From assembly GCF_004010195.1 (NCBI RefSeq), contig NC_057720.1:4971776-5035775 (forward strand): a stretch of 64,000 nucleotides of DNA. The letters run 5' to 3'. The notes beneath the pieces were generated by a model. It saw only the letters and a program-made list of their open reading frames with translations. It was not told the DNA's origin and did no database searches. The position numbers were made by a program, and so were the translations under genes. The stretch comes from Chiloscyllium plagiosum (Eukaryota). Positions 23,438-36,075 of the stretch are shown here, piece by piece (position 1 is the first letter of the stretch; each line of letters starts with the position of its first letter).

Positions 23438-24980
23438 GGGTGCTGTTTTGGGTGCTGTTGGCGGGGAATTGCCGATCAGGGAATGGTGGCACCACAGCTG
23501 GCTCTGCTATACAGCAGGGAGGGTCAGAGTGCAGGAGAGCATCAGTAATAGGGAACTCTACAGTCATGGGCACAGATGGGCATTTCTGTGGCCGCAAGCG
23601 ACACTCCAAGATGAGGTATTGCCTCCCTGGTGCCAGGGTCAAGGATATCTCTGAGTGGGCACAGGACATTCTCAAGGGAGTGAGTGAGCAACCAGAGGTC
23701 ATGATACACATTGGTGCTAATGACACTGGCAGGAAGAGTGACAAGGTCCTGCAAAGGGAATTCTGGGAGTTAGGTAGGAAGCTGAACAGCAGGACCTCTA
23801 GGGTTGTGATCGCGGGATTACTTCCTGCGCCACCTGCCAGTGAGACTAGGAACAGGAAGACAGTACAGTTAAATACATGGTTGAAGAGCTGGTGTAGGAG
23901 GAAGGGTTTCAGGAATGCGCAGCATTGGGATGCCTTCAGGGGAAGATGGGACCTGTACAAGAAGGATGGGTTGCACCTAAACTGGAGGGGTACCAACATC
24001 CTGGCAGGGAGGTTTGATAGTGCCACACAGGAGGATTTACTCTGGTGTAGCAGGGGAATGGGAGACAGAGCAGTTGGTCAGCAAATAAAAGGACCGAGGA
24101 GGAGTCAGTGATGCAGGCCAGTAAGGCAGAGAGGAAGAACAGACAGGGAGAGGTTACTGAACACAGCAGGACTGGGGCCCGAAGTGCATCTGTTTTAATG
24201 TGAGGAGGATGGCAGGGTAAAATGGATGACCTCAGAGCTTGGATTAATACATGCAACTATGATGTTATAGGTATTCCAGAGACTTGGTTGAGAGAGGGAC
24301 AGAAGTGGCAGCTTAATGTTCCGGGATTTAGATGTTTCAGGCCAGCTAGACAGGGATGTAAAAAGAGGTGAGCGAGTTGGGGGCATTACTGATTAAGGAG
24401 AATATCCCAGGTGTACTGAGGGAGGATACCTCCGAGGACTCATCCTGTGAGGCCATGTGGGTAGAGCTCCGGAATAGGAGGTGCGCAGTCACTTTGATGG
24501 GATTGTACTACAGACCAGCCAACAACCAGCCGATGATACAGGAATAGTTATGTGGACTGATTATGGAAATATCTAAAAATAACAAGGTTATCTGGGTGAT
24601 TTTAACTTCCCATATATTGACTGGGACTTCGCTTAGTGCCAGGGGCCTGGTTGGGATGTTTATTAGGCATGTTCAGAAGGGCTTCTTGAAGCAATATGTA
24701 AATAGTCCATCAGGGGATGAGGCCATACTAGACCAGGTATTGGGGAATGAGCCTGGCCAAGTGATTGAAGTTTCAGTGCGGGCGCATTTCGGGAACAGTG
24801 ACCATAATTCTGTACATTTTAAGTTACTTTTGGATAAGAGTAATCCTTAGAAAAACTGGGGGAAGGCTAACTAAGACAACATTTGTAGGAGATGGGGGCA
24901 TGTAGGTCAGGGGGAATGTCTTTTTGAAGATAAATCGATATTTGACATGTGTGAATCTTTTAAAGGCCAGATGATTAGAG

Positions 24981-25295
24981 TTTTAGATTTAGATTACATT
25001 ACACTGTGGAAACAGGCCCTTCGGCCCAACAAGTCCACACCGACCCACCGAAGCGCAACTCACCCATACCCCTACATTTACCCCTTACCTGACACTATGG
25101 GCAATTTAGCATGGCCAATTCACCTGACCTGCACATCTTTGGACTGTGGGAGGAAACCGGAGCACCCGGAGGAAACCCACGCAGACACGGGGAGAACGTG
25201 CAAACTCCACACAGTCAGTCGCCTGAGGTGGGAATTGAACCCGGATCTCCGGCGCTGTGAGGCAGCAGTGCTAACCACTGTGCCGCCGTGCCGCA
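24981..25295 (-). mobile_element. HE1 V-SINE, young, nested in CR1 ORF2
   Basis: Canonical CpG-rich copy. Confidence 0.93.
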
Positions 25296-26289
25296 CACTA
25301 CATGCCCCCATCTCCTACAAATGTTGTCTTAGTTAGTTCAGGACTGACATGTTCTCATGAAAATGAAGGATAAGGATGGCAAGAATTGGGAACCTCGGGT
25401 GACAAGAGATACTATGAGCTTAGTGAAAAAGGAAAAAGGAGGCATATATAATGTTTAGGAAATTAGAGAGAGAGAGTCCTCGAAGAATATCAAGATGGCA
25501 AGAAAGAACTTAAACGAGGAGTTAGGAGAGTATAAGGGGTCATGAAATGTCTTTGGCAAACAGGATTAAGCAAACTCCCCAAGGGCAGTTTATACATAAA
25601 TAAGGAGCGAAAGGGTAGGTCCACTCAAGGACAAAGGAGGGAATTTATATGTAAAGCCCAAAAGTGGGTGAAGCCCTGAACAAATATCTTGCACTGGTAT
25701 ACACAATGGAGAAGGACATGGCAGATGATGAATCTAGAGAGGGTTACACTGATATTCTGAAGCATGTCAATATAACAAAGGAGGTATTGGGTGTCTTGGA
25801 AAGTGTTAAGGTAGGCAAGTCCCCAGTGGGATCTATCCCAGAATATTAAGGGAAGTGAGGGAGGAAATTGTACAAACTCTTTGTCTCCAGGAGAGGTCCC
25901 AGAGGACTGGAAAACAGCCAATGTTGTCCCTTTTTTTAAGAAGGGTAACGGGGATAATCTGGGAAATGATTGGCCATTGAGCCTTACATCAGTGGTAGGG
26001 AGATTGTTGGAGAAGATTCTTAAGAACAGATTTTACTCACATTTGGAAATTTATGCACTTATTAGTGAGAGGCTTTGTGCACTCATAAAATTGACAGAGT
26101 TTTTTGAGGAAGTGACAGAGGTGACTGTCATTTCAGAGGGATCTTAACAGATACATGAACAGGCAGCGAATAGAGGGGCACGGATCACATAGAGACAAAA
26201 GGTTTTTAGTGTGGAAAGGCATCATGTGTCAGTGCAGTTGGGTGGGCTGAAGGGCCTATTCCTGGGCACTTTATTCCCTGAATAGCGTG

Positions 26290-27060
26290 CAAACTAGCTA
26301 CATCCCATGAGAAGTAAAGACGGGGTATCCAAAGCTAGAGTACCCTGGCTGACTACAGATATTGATGAGAAAACAAGGAAGAGAAAGGAGGCAGATGGCG
26401 CATAATAATAGCAACAGAAATCAGGAAGATATCTCAAACACAGAAAGGAGACTAAGGCGGGAATAAGGAAGGCTAAGAGGAAACACGAGGGAAGGATGGC
26501 AGGTTGACTGAAACAATTAGTAAAATGCTCTTCAAACATATTAATATTAAAAGATGAGTAAAAGATGGAGTGGGGCCCCTTAGGAATAAGCAGGGTAAGC
26601 TGCTCACTGAAACGATGGATATGGCTGAGATATGAAATGAATATTTTGCTTCTGTCTTTGCCAAATTAAAAGACTGTAACAATGGCCCAGTTGAAAATGG
26701 GGGTGTTGAGTAACTGAACAGTACAATGATAGATAAAGAGGAGGTGTTAAAAATGCTGGCAGCATTCCAGGTAGAGAAGTCACCAGGTCTGATGGGATGC
26801 ATACCCAGGTTACTGACAGAGGGAAGGGAGCAAACTGTGGAGCTGTTGGCAGAAATTTTCCAGGTGTCTCTAAGCATAGGATTAGTTCCGGGGTCTGGAG
26901 GACTGCAAATATGACACAGCTGTTTATGAAAGGGGCAAAGGAAATAACCCAGGAAATTACAGAGCTTTCAGCTTGACCTCTCTAGTGGGGAAACTGATGG
27001 AGGCCATATTGCAGGATAAGGTAAATGTACACATCGAGAAAAATAAGTTAATACTAGACA
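26290..27060 (+). mobile_element. Old CR1 ORF2 fragment
   Basis: EEVLKMLAAFQVEKSPG..PRLL; TSLVGKLMEAIL. Confidence 0.8.
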
Positions 27061-27359
27061 GTCTGACTGGTCTCCCGCTGCACTTTGACAATGCTAGGAT
27101 TTTGTTGAAATCTAGATTGTACTATTGGATGCTGTACAGGAAGCAGATTCAGTTATAACTATCGAAAGGGAATTAGATAAATACATTTACAGAGTTACAG
27201 GCTATAAGCAAGCGAGCAAGACCAATTAGGCAGATCATGGAATAATGGGCCAAATGGCCTCCTTCAGTGCTCCTTCTGTGGATTCAGAAACTTTTGAAAT
27301 GAGCAGTGCCAAGAACAAGTCACCAATGTACAATCTCCCTCACTCAATATTGTCCTTAC

Positions 27360-27463
27360 CGATTCGGTCGGATGTGTGTAGTTTGGAGCTTTATTATTCT
27401 TGCAGTTGTTCTGTTTGGATGTGGGTTCCAATGACTCAGTCTCACAGACATCTTGCTCCAAAT
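27360..27463 (-). CDS. Internal coding exon B (104 nt, phase 1 to 0): (D)LEQDVCETESLEPTSKQNNCKNNKAPNYTHPTES
   Basis: Acceptor ttaactttgtacaatttacacag|AT and donor TCG|gtaagg; open frame joins A upstream and C downstream without a shift. Confidence 0.75.
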
Positions 27464-27799
27464 CTGTGTAAATTGTACAAAGTTAATAAAATCCACCATA
27501 ACCTTCAGCTCACACAAACCTCCCGCTGTCAGTGATCTAATGCCTCAGTCACCCAGGACCCCCCAACGTGCTTACAAACACCCCCCCCCCCCCCACCGCT
27601 GAAACTCACTGAGCACAGGTGGAGCTGCCTCAGTCCTCAGCATTGGAACTCACTCCCTGAACTTCTGCAAATCACCCAGTATTTCCCTAGAAGACGTCCT
27701 CTTAAGGTGTCCCTGAAATCCCGCCTCTTTGGCCACATTTTCGATCATCCATTCAGACATTTCTTGACCTTTTTAGTCCAACTCATCCATGCCGAGCAG

Positions 27800-28397
27800 A
27801 TATCATCACAGCACCGGTGACTCGGCTTCAATTCTACCCTCAGGCATCTGTCAGTGTGGAATGTCTGCATTGTCCCTATGTCTGCATGGGTTTTCTCCAG
27901 GTGCTCCAGTTTTCTCCCACAATCCAAAGATAAAAGGATGTTGCCAGGGTTGGAGGGTTTGAGCTATAGGGAGAGGTTGAATAGGCTAGAGCTGTTTTCC
28001 CTGGAGCGTTGGAGGCTGAGAGGTGACCTCATAGAGGTTTACAAAATTATGAGGGGCGTGGATAGGGTATATAGACAAAGCCTTTTCCCTGGGGTTTGGG
28101 AGTCCAGAACTAGAGGGCATAGGTTTAGGGTGAGAGGGGAAAGATATAAAAGAGACCTAAGGGGCAATGTTTTCACACAGAGGGTGGTGAGTGTATGGAA
28201 TGAGCTGCCAGAGGAAGTGGTGGAGGCTGGTACAATTGCGACATTTAAAAGGCACCTGGATGGGTATATGAATAGGAAGGGTTTGGAGGGATATGGGTGC
28301 TGGCAGGTGGGACTAGATTAGGTTCGGATATCTGGTCGGCATGGACGAGCTGGACCGAAGGGTCTGTTTCCATGTTGTACATCTCTATGACTCTATG
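27800..28397 (+). mobile_element. 5' half of an HE1 SINE joined directly to a HER1-like CR1 3' end
   Basis: ...ctcccacaatccaaagat|aaaaggatgttgccaggg...; junction near 27931. Confidence 0.85.
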
Positions 28398-28479
28398 ATT
28401 GTGTTCAAAGCAGCTCAGAGAAGGTTCACTAGGGTGACAACTAGGATTGGGGTGGGCCGGGGGGTTGGGGTTGAATTTG

Positions 28480-28652
28480 GTGTGTGTGTTTGTGTGAGAG
28501 AAAGTATGTGTGAGAGAGCGTATGTATATTCCTGTGTCCGAGTTTGTCTGTGAGACAGAAACAGAGAGTATATCTGTGTGTGTGTGAGAGAATGGGAGAG
28601 TGAGTGTATGTGTGTATGTATGTGTGAGAGAGAAAGAGAGAGAGTGTGTGTG
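28480..28652 (+). repeat. Compound (TG)/(GA) microsatellite, degenerate
   Basis: Alternating tgtg and gaga runs. Confidence 0.9.
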
Positions 28653-29149
28653 CATGGTGTTACTGCACAGGGCCTGTTTCCCCTGGAGTTGAGAAGACCT
28701 TATCGAGATGTATGTGATCCTGAAAGGATGTGGGTGCTGAGAAGATGCTACACCTTTTGTAGGAGACTATGATTAGGAGGTGTCATTTCAAAATCACAGG
28801 TGGCCCACTTAAGATGGTGAGGAGTTAAAAATGATCCTCTCAGAGGGTCATCAATCTTTGGACTTTTCTTCCTATGAGTACACTGAAGGCAGGACCATTG
28901 AGTATCGTTAAGACAGAGGTAGATAGATTCTTCATCAGCAAGGGAGTCAGTGGTCATTGGGGGTAGGGAGATGGTGAGGACTCGAGGCCACTCTCAGATC
29001 AGCCGTGATCCTACTGAGATGCTGAATGGGCTCCTCCTGCTCCCACAGCATTCGATGTGACTTTCAGATTTTCTTTCCCCATTGCTGTGTGAATCATCCT
29101 GAGGACCATTCTGTTCAGGCACTAACGTAAACGCAAGCTAAGTGAAACT

Positions 29150-29760
29150 AGCAGGGTAAGTCATTCGGCCCCTCTGGGTCTGCTCTGCTATTCAATAGGA
29201 TCATGGCTGACACTCGATCCGAATGCCATATTCCTGCTTTCTCCAACACCCTTGATGCATTTAATTTTAAAAAAAAATTATCTTGCTTTCTTGAATATAT
29301 AGGAATGCAAAAAAAAGACAAGTAGGCGGCCATTCAGCCCTTCAAGCCTGCTCCACCATTCAATATGATCATGTCTGATCGTCCAACTCAGTCTCCTGTT
29401 CCCGCTTTCACCCCACCTCCCCTCCCCCCAATCCCTTTGATTCTCTTAGCCCAATAAAATATATCTACCTTCTTGAAAACATTCAATGTTTTGGCCTCAA
29501 CTGATTTCTGCAGCAGTGATTCCACAGGCTCCCCACTCTCTGGGTGAAGACATTTCTCCTCATCTCAGTCTGAAGAGGCCTACCCTGTATCCTTACACAG
29601 TGACCCCTGGCTCTGGACTCCCCAGTCATCAGGAATGTTCTTCCTACATCTCTCCAGTATAACCAGGGACTAGGCCTGTGTAGCCTTCTGTGGTAGTGAA
29701 TTCCACTAGTTCACTCCCTGTGAGTGAAGAATTGTTTCGACATCTCAGTCTGAAACAGCC
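29150..29760 (-). mobile_element. Stacked CR1 3' tail fragments
   Basis: Repeated cattcagcccttcaagcctgctccaccattcaat..gatcatg motifs. Confidence 0.75.
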
Positions 29761-29879
29761 TCACCTATATCCTGAACTCAGTCATCTATCAGGTACTGTG
29801 GTGCACTGTATGGAATGTTCAGCACCAAAAGCATTTTCACCCCAACACCCATCATCTCACTGATGCCCCTCACGGAGGA

Positions 29880-31220
29880 ACTCAAATGAAGAATTCGGAG
29901 GGCTAAAGAGGCTATGAAATGATGTCATTGTAGACAGGATTAAGAAAAACCCCAAGGCATTTAACACATATATAAGGAGGGAGAGGCCAGCTCAGGAAAG
30001 GGCAGCAAATGAACATTGCAGATGCTGGGGATTAGAGTCGAGATTGTGGCGCTGGAAAAGCACAGCAAGTCAGGGAGCATCCGAGGAGCAGGAGAATCGA
30101 TGTTTCGGGCAAAAGCCCTTCATCAGGAATTGGGGAAAGGGCAGGTCCACTCAAGGACAAAGGGGGGAATTTACGCGCTCAGCCCGAGGCAGTGGGTGAG
30201 GTCCTTTAGGAATACTGTCCATTGGCATTCCCAAAGGCAAAGAACATGGTGGAAGGTAAGTTTCAATTGGGGGTGGGGTGTTGTCAATAGAAAAAAGATA
30301 TTGTTGGCAGTTTTGAGAAGCATGAGGATAGACAAGTCCCCAAGGCCTGAGGGAAGTACATCAGAAAATTGCTGGGGTCTTGTACAAAATCTTTCCATTT
30401 TCTTTTTCACAGGAGGGGTCTCTGAGGACTGGAGAAATGCATAGTTCGTTGGTTAAACCATAATTCCTTGGTTTAAGAAGGGCAACAGCAATAATTTGGG
30501 AAATTATAGGCCAGTGAACCTTACATCAGTGGTAGGGAAATTATTGGAGAAGATTCTTAGAGACAGGATTTACTCACATTTGGAAAAATATATGTTTATT
30601 AGTGACTGAACAGGGCTTTGTGCAGGAAAGGTCGTGCCTCAAACTTGATTGAGGTTTTTGAAGAAGTGACAAAGATGAGAGATGAGGGCAGGGTGGTAGA
30701 TGTTGTCCACATGGACGTCAGTAAAACCTTTGACCAAGGTCCCTCACAGCAGGCTGGTACAGTAGGTGAACTCATGTGAGGTTCATGGTGAGCTGCTAAG
30801 ATGGATACAGAACTGGCTTAGTCGCGGACAATGGAGTTGAAGTGAAAAAGTGTTTTTCAGACTGTGGCCAGTAGGGTTCCACAGGGACCACTGCTGAGAC
30901 CCTGACTGTTTGTAATACACATTAATAATTTGAAGGAGAAATTTGGTGGCCTGCTTATCAAGCTTGTGGATGACACAAAGATTGGCAGGGAGCTGTGGTT
31001 TGTGAGGAGGATTGCCAGAGGATACAGGTAGGGTGGAGACCTGGGCAGAGAAATAGCAGATGGAGTTTAATCTAGACAAATGCGAAGTGATGCATCTTGA
31101 AAGATCGAATGCAGGAGGGACATATACAGTAAATGGCAGAACTCTTATTAGCATCAACATACAGAGGAATCTAAGAGTACAGGCCCACAGTTCCCTGAAA
31201 GGGGCAATACAAGTAGATTA
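29880..31220 (+). mobile_element. CR1 ORF2 RT fragment with nested family-A mini-element (30006-30133, -)
   Basis: NYRPVNLTSVVGKLLE-type coding; insert TSD ggaaagggcag (29995-30005, 30134-30144). Confidence 0.88.
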
Positions 31221-31717
31221 GTGCATAGAATGTAGAACAATACAGCGCAGAACAGGCCCTTCGGCCCTCAATGTTGCACCGACCTTTGAACTCATCTAAG
31301 CCCATCCCCCTACACTATCCCATCATCATCCATGTGCTCATCCAAGGATTGTTTAAATCTCCCTCATGTGGCTGAGTTGACTACATTGGCAGGTAGGGCA
31401 TTCCACGCCCTTACCACTCTCTGAGTAAAGAATCTGCCTCTGACATCTGTCTTAAATCTGTCACCCCTCAATTTGTAGCTACGCCCCCTCGTACAAGCTA
31501 ACGTCATCGTCCTAGGAAAAAGATTTTCACTGTCTATCCTATCTAATCCTTTGATCATCGCATATGTCTCTATCAAATCACCTCTTAGCCGCCTTCTTTC
31601 CAATGAGAACAGACCCAAGCCTCTCAGCCTTTCCTCATAAGACCTTCGCTCCAGATCAGGCAACATCCTAGTAAATCTCCTTTGCACCTTTCACAATGCT
31701 TCCACATCCTTCCTATT

Positions 31718-32168
31718 ACAAACACTACATTGGACAAACAGGCAGAATACTAGCCCCCAGGATACATGAACATCAACTAGCCACAAAACAACATGACCCT
31801 CTCTCACTAATATCCTTACATACAGATTAGGAAGGACACCGCTTCGACTGGGACAATACATCCATCCTAGGACAAACCAAAAACAGAGACACGCACAAGA
31901 ATTCCTGGAAGCGTGGCATTCCAATCAGAACTCTATCAACAAACACATTTACTTGGACCTGATATCCCACCCCTGAGAAAAAGAACAGGAAATGACATCA
32001 CCATAGGAAATGACATCACCAACCCAAAGAAACCCAAACATATAAATAGAAAGCAGGAATCATCAGCAATGCTTCATCTGTAGGCTCACTGAAGATGTTA
32101 CCTAGTATGGTGACGAAACGTCAGAAAAGGGACCTTCCAGCTCAGTGAGCAAATCTACATTCACAACT
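31718..32168 (+). mobile_element. Penelope/Poseidon-type PLE 3' fragment: GIY-YIG C-terminus plus terminal repeat with family-C hammerhead (32089-32122)
   Basis: HYIGQTGRILAPRIHEHQ...GHRFDWDNTSILG...EFLEAWHS..NSINKHI; tca-CTGAAGA-T-GTTACC-TAGTAT-GGTGAC-GAAA-CG-TC. Confidence 0.85.
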
Positions 32169-32306
32169 TTCAGGGATCCACGTACACAGACTCCAAGATC
32201 CCTCTGCACATCCACACTACCACGAATCTTTCCAATGACCCAGTATTATACCTTCCTGTTATTCTTTCCAAAGTGCATCACCTCACATTTTGATTAGATT
32301 AGATTA

Positions 32307-32672
32307 NNNNNNNNNNNNNNNNNNNNNNNNNNNNNNNNNNNNNNNNNNNNNNNNNNNNNNNNNNNNNNNNNNNNNNNNNNNNNNNNNNNNNNNNNNNNNN
32401 NNNNNNNNNNNNNNNNNNNNNNNNNNNNNNNNNNNNNNNNNNNNNNNNNNNNNNNNNNNNNNNNNNNNNNNNNNNNNNNNNNNNNNNNNNNNNNNNNNNN
32501 NNNNNNNNNNNNNNNNNNNNNNNNNNNNNNNNNNNNNNNNNNNNNNNNNNNNNNNNNNNNNNNNNNNNNNNNNNNNNNNNNNNNNNNNNNNNNNNNNNNN
32601 NNNNNNNNNNNNNNNNNNNNNNNNNNNNNNNNNNNNNNNNNNNNNNNNNNNNNNNNNNNNNNNNNNNNNNNN
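32307..32672. other. Assembly gap (366 N), probably hiding an HE1 copy
   Basis: Run of n preceded by the HE1 tail gattagattagatta. Confidence 0.95.
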
Positions 32673-34389
32673 GGACTCCAGGCTGAATATTTTCCATCAA
32701 CCACCACTTGCTGCCTTCTTTCAGAAAGCCAGTGTCTAATCCAAACTACTAAATCACCCTCAATCCCATGCCTCTGCATTTTCTCCAACAGCCTACCATG
32801 TGGAACCTTATCAAAGGCTTTACTGAAGTCCATGTATACCACGTCAACTTCCCTACCCTCATCTACATGCTTGGTCACCTTCTCAAAAAACTCAATGAGG
32901 TTTGTGAAACAAGACCTGCCCTTGACAAAACCATGTTGACTATCTGAAATCAAATTGTTGCTTGCTAGATGATTATAAATCGTATCCCTTATAATCCTTT
33001 CCAAAACCTTTCCTCCAGTAGAGGTAAGGCTCACTGGTCTGTAATTACCTGGGTCATCTCTACTGCCCTTCTTGAATAAGGGCACATTTGCAATCCTCCA
33101 ATCCTCTGGTACCAAACCTGTAGACAATGACGACTCAAATATCAAAGCCATAGGCTCTGCCATCTCCTCCCGAGCTTCCCAGAGAACCCCCGGATAAATC
33201 CCATCCAGCCCAGGGGACTTGTCTACTTTCACGCCTTCTAGAATTGATAACACCTCCTGCTTACTAACCTCGATCCTTTCTAGTCTAATATCCCGTATCT
33301 CATTCTTCTCCTCTACAATATTCTCCTTTTCCTGAGTGAAAACCAATGAGAAATATTTGTTTTGCACTTCTCCAATCTCCACAGTGTCCACACACAACTT
33401 CCCACTTCCGTCTTTGACTGGCCCTATTCCTACCCTCATCATCCTTTTATTCCTCACATACCTATAGAAAGTTTTAGGATTCTCCTTTATTCCACCTGCT
33501 AAAGACTGCTCGTGTTCTTTACTTGCTCTTCTTAACTCTCTCTTTAAATCCTTCCTAGCTAATCTGAACCATCTCGTCTCAACGTCACATAAGCCTCCTT
33601 CTTCCTTTTAACAAGAGATGCAATTTCTGTAGTAAACCACAGTTCCCTTCCCTTATCACTTCCTCCCTGCCTGGCAGGGACATACCTATCAAGGTCACGC
33701 AACATCTGTTCCTTAAACTAGCTCCACATTTCGATTGTCTATACCCCTGTATTTTGTTACTCCATTCTATGCATCCTAAGTCTTGCCTAATCACATTATA
33801 ATTGCCCTTGCCTCAGCTATAACTCTTGCCCTGTGGCATGTAACTATCCCTTTCTATCGCTAAACTAAACGTAACTGAATTACGGCCACCATCTCCAAAG
33901 TGCTTGCCTACAGCTAAATCAAACACCTGGCCCGGTTCATTACCAAACACCAGATCCAGTGTGGCCTCCCCTCTTGTCGGCCCTTTGACATACTGTGTCA
34001 GGAAACCCTCCTCTCCTGTTTCTAACCTCAGCCCACATTCCCTCAGTAGACAAGACCTCGTCAAAGGTTCTTTTAGCCACTGTTACACTGTCCTTCACTA
34101 ACAAAGCCACACCTCCCCCTCTTTTACACCCTTGCCTGTTCTTAATGAAAGATCTAAATCCTGGAATCTGCAACATCCATTCCTGACCCTGTTCTATCCA
34201 TGTCTCCAAAATGGCCACAACATCGAAGTTCCAGGTACCTATCCTTGTTGCAAGCTCACCTACCTTATTTCAGGTACTTCTGGCATTGAAGTAGACACAC
34301 TTCTAACCACTTCGCCATCTGCCATCACTGTGACCGTGAAATCCTGTCCAAGGAGTGGAAGCCATACAGCATGCATGCTTTCATTGGTC

Positions 34390-34975
34390 AGGGCTTAGCG
34401 TATAAAAATTGGCATCTCCTGCACAGCTGTGCCGGACTTCAGTTAGACCACATGTGGAATACTGTGTACACACATGTGCCACACTAGTGCCACACTAACA
34501 GAAGGATGTAGGGGCTTTGGAGAAGGTACAAAGAGGTTTTCCCAGGATGTTGCCTGGTTTAGTGGGTGTTATCTATGGAGAGAGATTGGACAAACTTGGG
34601 CTGTTTTGACTTGAACGTCAGAGGATGAGGTTTATAAAATTGAGAGGCATGGACAGACTGGATAGTCGGAGCTTTTCCCCAGGGTAAAAATGTGAATTAC
34701 TCAGTGATGTGGCTTTAACGTAATAGGGGCTAAGTTTAAAGGAGATGTGAGAGGCAGGATTTTTACACAGAGAATGTTAGTGTCTGGAAATGCACTGTCA
34801 GAGGAACTGGTGAAGACAGATTCAACAGCAACCTGGATAGACACATGAATAGGCAGGGAATGGAGGGAAATGGACCACTTCGGAGCAAAAGGGTTTTAGG
34901 TTAGAAAGGTATTATGTGTTGCTGCAGCCTTGGTGGGACAAAGGGCCTGTTCCTGTGATATACTCTTTGTTCTGA
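34390..34975 (+). mobile_element. CR1 3' fragment
   Basis: gttagaccacatgtggaatactgtg ... ttttacacagaga ... gggcctgttcctgtg. Confidence 0.8.
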
Positions 34976-35343
34976 ACCTCTCTCCCTGGGGTGTTGATCA
35001 AGCTTCCCATTCAATGCAGTTACAGTAAAATAATTGAGGGAGCATGGGAAAAGACTGACTTAAGAGAAGCAAACATTGTGAAGATGTAAACACAAGGGGT
35101 GGCAAACAGGAAGGCTGATGTAGGATGAGTTCCGTGTCAAAATGAATTGATGTTAACTGTGGCCACTCGCTGGTTTTATTTCTGTGCCCAGGTTTCACCT
35201 GCGTCTTCTGGCAATGGTCGGTCTTTTGTTGCACGTTATCTTCATATACCCAGATGTATCACTTATTGTCCAATTTTTCCGGCTCTTATCCTATCCCTTT
35301 TCATCAGTGATTTTCCTTGTTCATTCCTTCCTCCCCCTCGTAC

Positions 35344-35649
35344 GGCACGGTGGCACAGTGGTTAGCACTGCTGCCTCACAGCACCAGAGACCTGGGTTCA
35401 AATCCCGCCTCAGGCGACTGACTGTGTGGAGTTTGCACATTCTCCCCGTGTCTGCGTGGGTTTCCTCCGGGTGCTCCGGTTTCCTCCCACAGTCCAAAGA
35501 TGTGCTGGTCAGGTGAATTGGCCATGCTAAATTGCCTGTAGTGTTAGGTGAAGGGGTAAGTGTAGGGGTATGGGTGGGTTGCGCTTCGGCGGGTTGGTGT
35601 GGACCTGTTGGGCCGAAGGGCCTGTTTCCACACTGTAGGTAATCTAATC
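35344..35649 (+). mobile_element. HE1 V-SINE, full length, young
   Basis: GGCACGGTGGCACAGTGGTTAGC (A box), GGTTCAAATCC (B box), V-domain, taatctaatc tail. Confidence 0.95.
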
Positions 35650-35814
35650 AGCTTTCCCCCCCCCCCCCCCCCGCCTTCTCCCACTCCTCACCGCCCCCAG
35701 CGCCAGGACTTTGTTGGGTTTTTTTGTTTTTGAATTGCCGGGGATTGGCAGATTATACACACTAGGCACTATCCACCATATAAACAAAGAGGGTTGGAGG
35801 ACAGAGCTTCGACA

Positions 35815-36075
35815 CTGTGCTCAAAATCTGCGCAAACTACTTCATTCCCTGAAACAATTGCACAGAGGCTGGTATCCCATTACCAACTCACCCTCTATTT
35901 ACACCTGGCGAGTCATTAAAACTGATCCAGCTCCCTCAGAGCCAGCTCTCAGTGAACAGAACCTCTGACACTTATCTGTCAGCCAGGGCTCCCTGGTTGG
36001 ACCAGATTAACTACCCCAATCAGGGAATGTCAACACTGCTAGATGCACCTGGCTAACCTCATTACAATCACTACA
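35815..36075 (-). mobile_element. Probable short solo LTR
   Basis: Minus strand begins TGTAGTGATTGTAATGAGG; LTR-like layout; left boundary uncertain. Confidence 0.45.

Larger units (their letters stand above)
22870..26270 (+). mobile_element. Near-full-length decayed CR1 LINE: ORF1 (Zn-finger/leucine zipper plus SGNH esterase), ORF2 endonuclease and part of RT; three nested insertions
   Basis: ORF1 VIGNS, CLPGARVKD, HIGAND, DGLHLN; ORF2 ETWL, GxYYRP, LDQVLGN, GNSDHN, PEDWKTANVVP; many stops and frameshifts. Confidence 0.92.
31225..34320 (-). mobile_element. CR1 ORF2 (endonuclease, RT, 3' end), about 3 kb
   Basis: ETWI, KRGGGVALLV, NYRPVSLTS, QHGFVKGRSC, YMDFSKAFDKVPH, RRLRGDLIE; tgttctacattcta tail. 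Confidence 0.95.

Noticed and set aside
32294..33457. 387-aa ORF as an active reverse transcriptase gene
   Set aside because: One third is an N gap; the rest is a CR1 ORF2 fragment with flanking frameshifts and a PLE insertion.
35344..35415. tRNA gene (also 40460-40535 and other SINE heads)
   Set aside because: A and B boxes run straight into SINE bodies and there is no complete cloverleaf.
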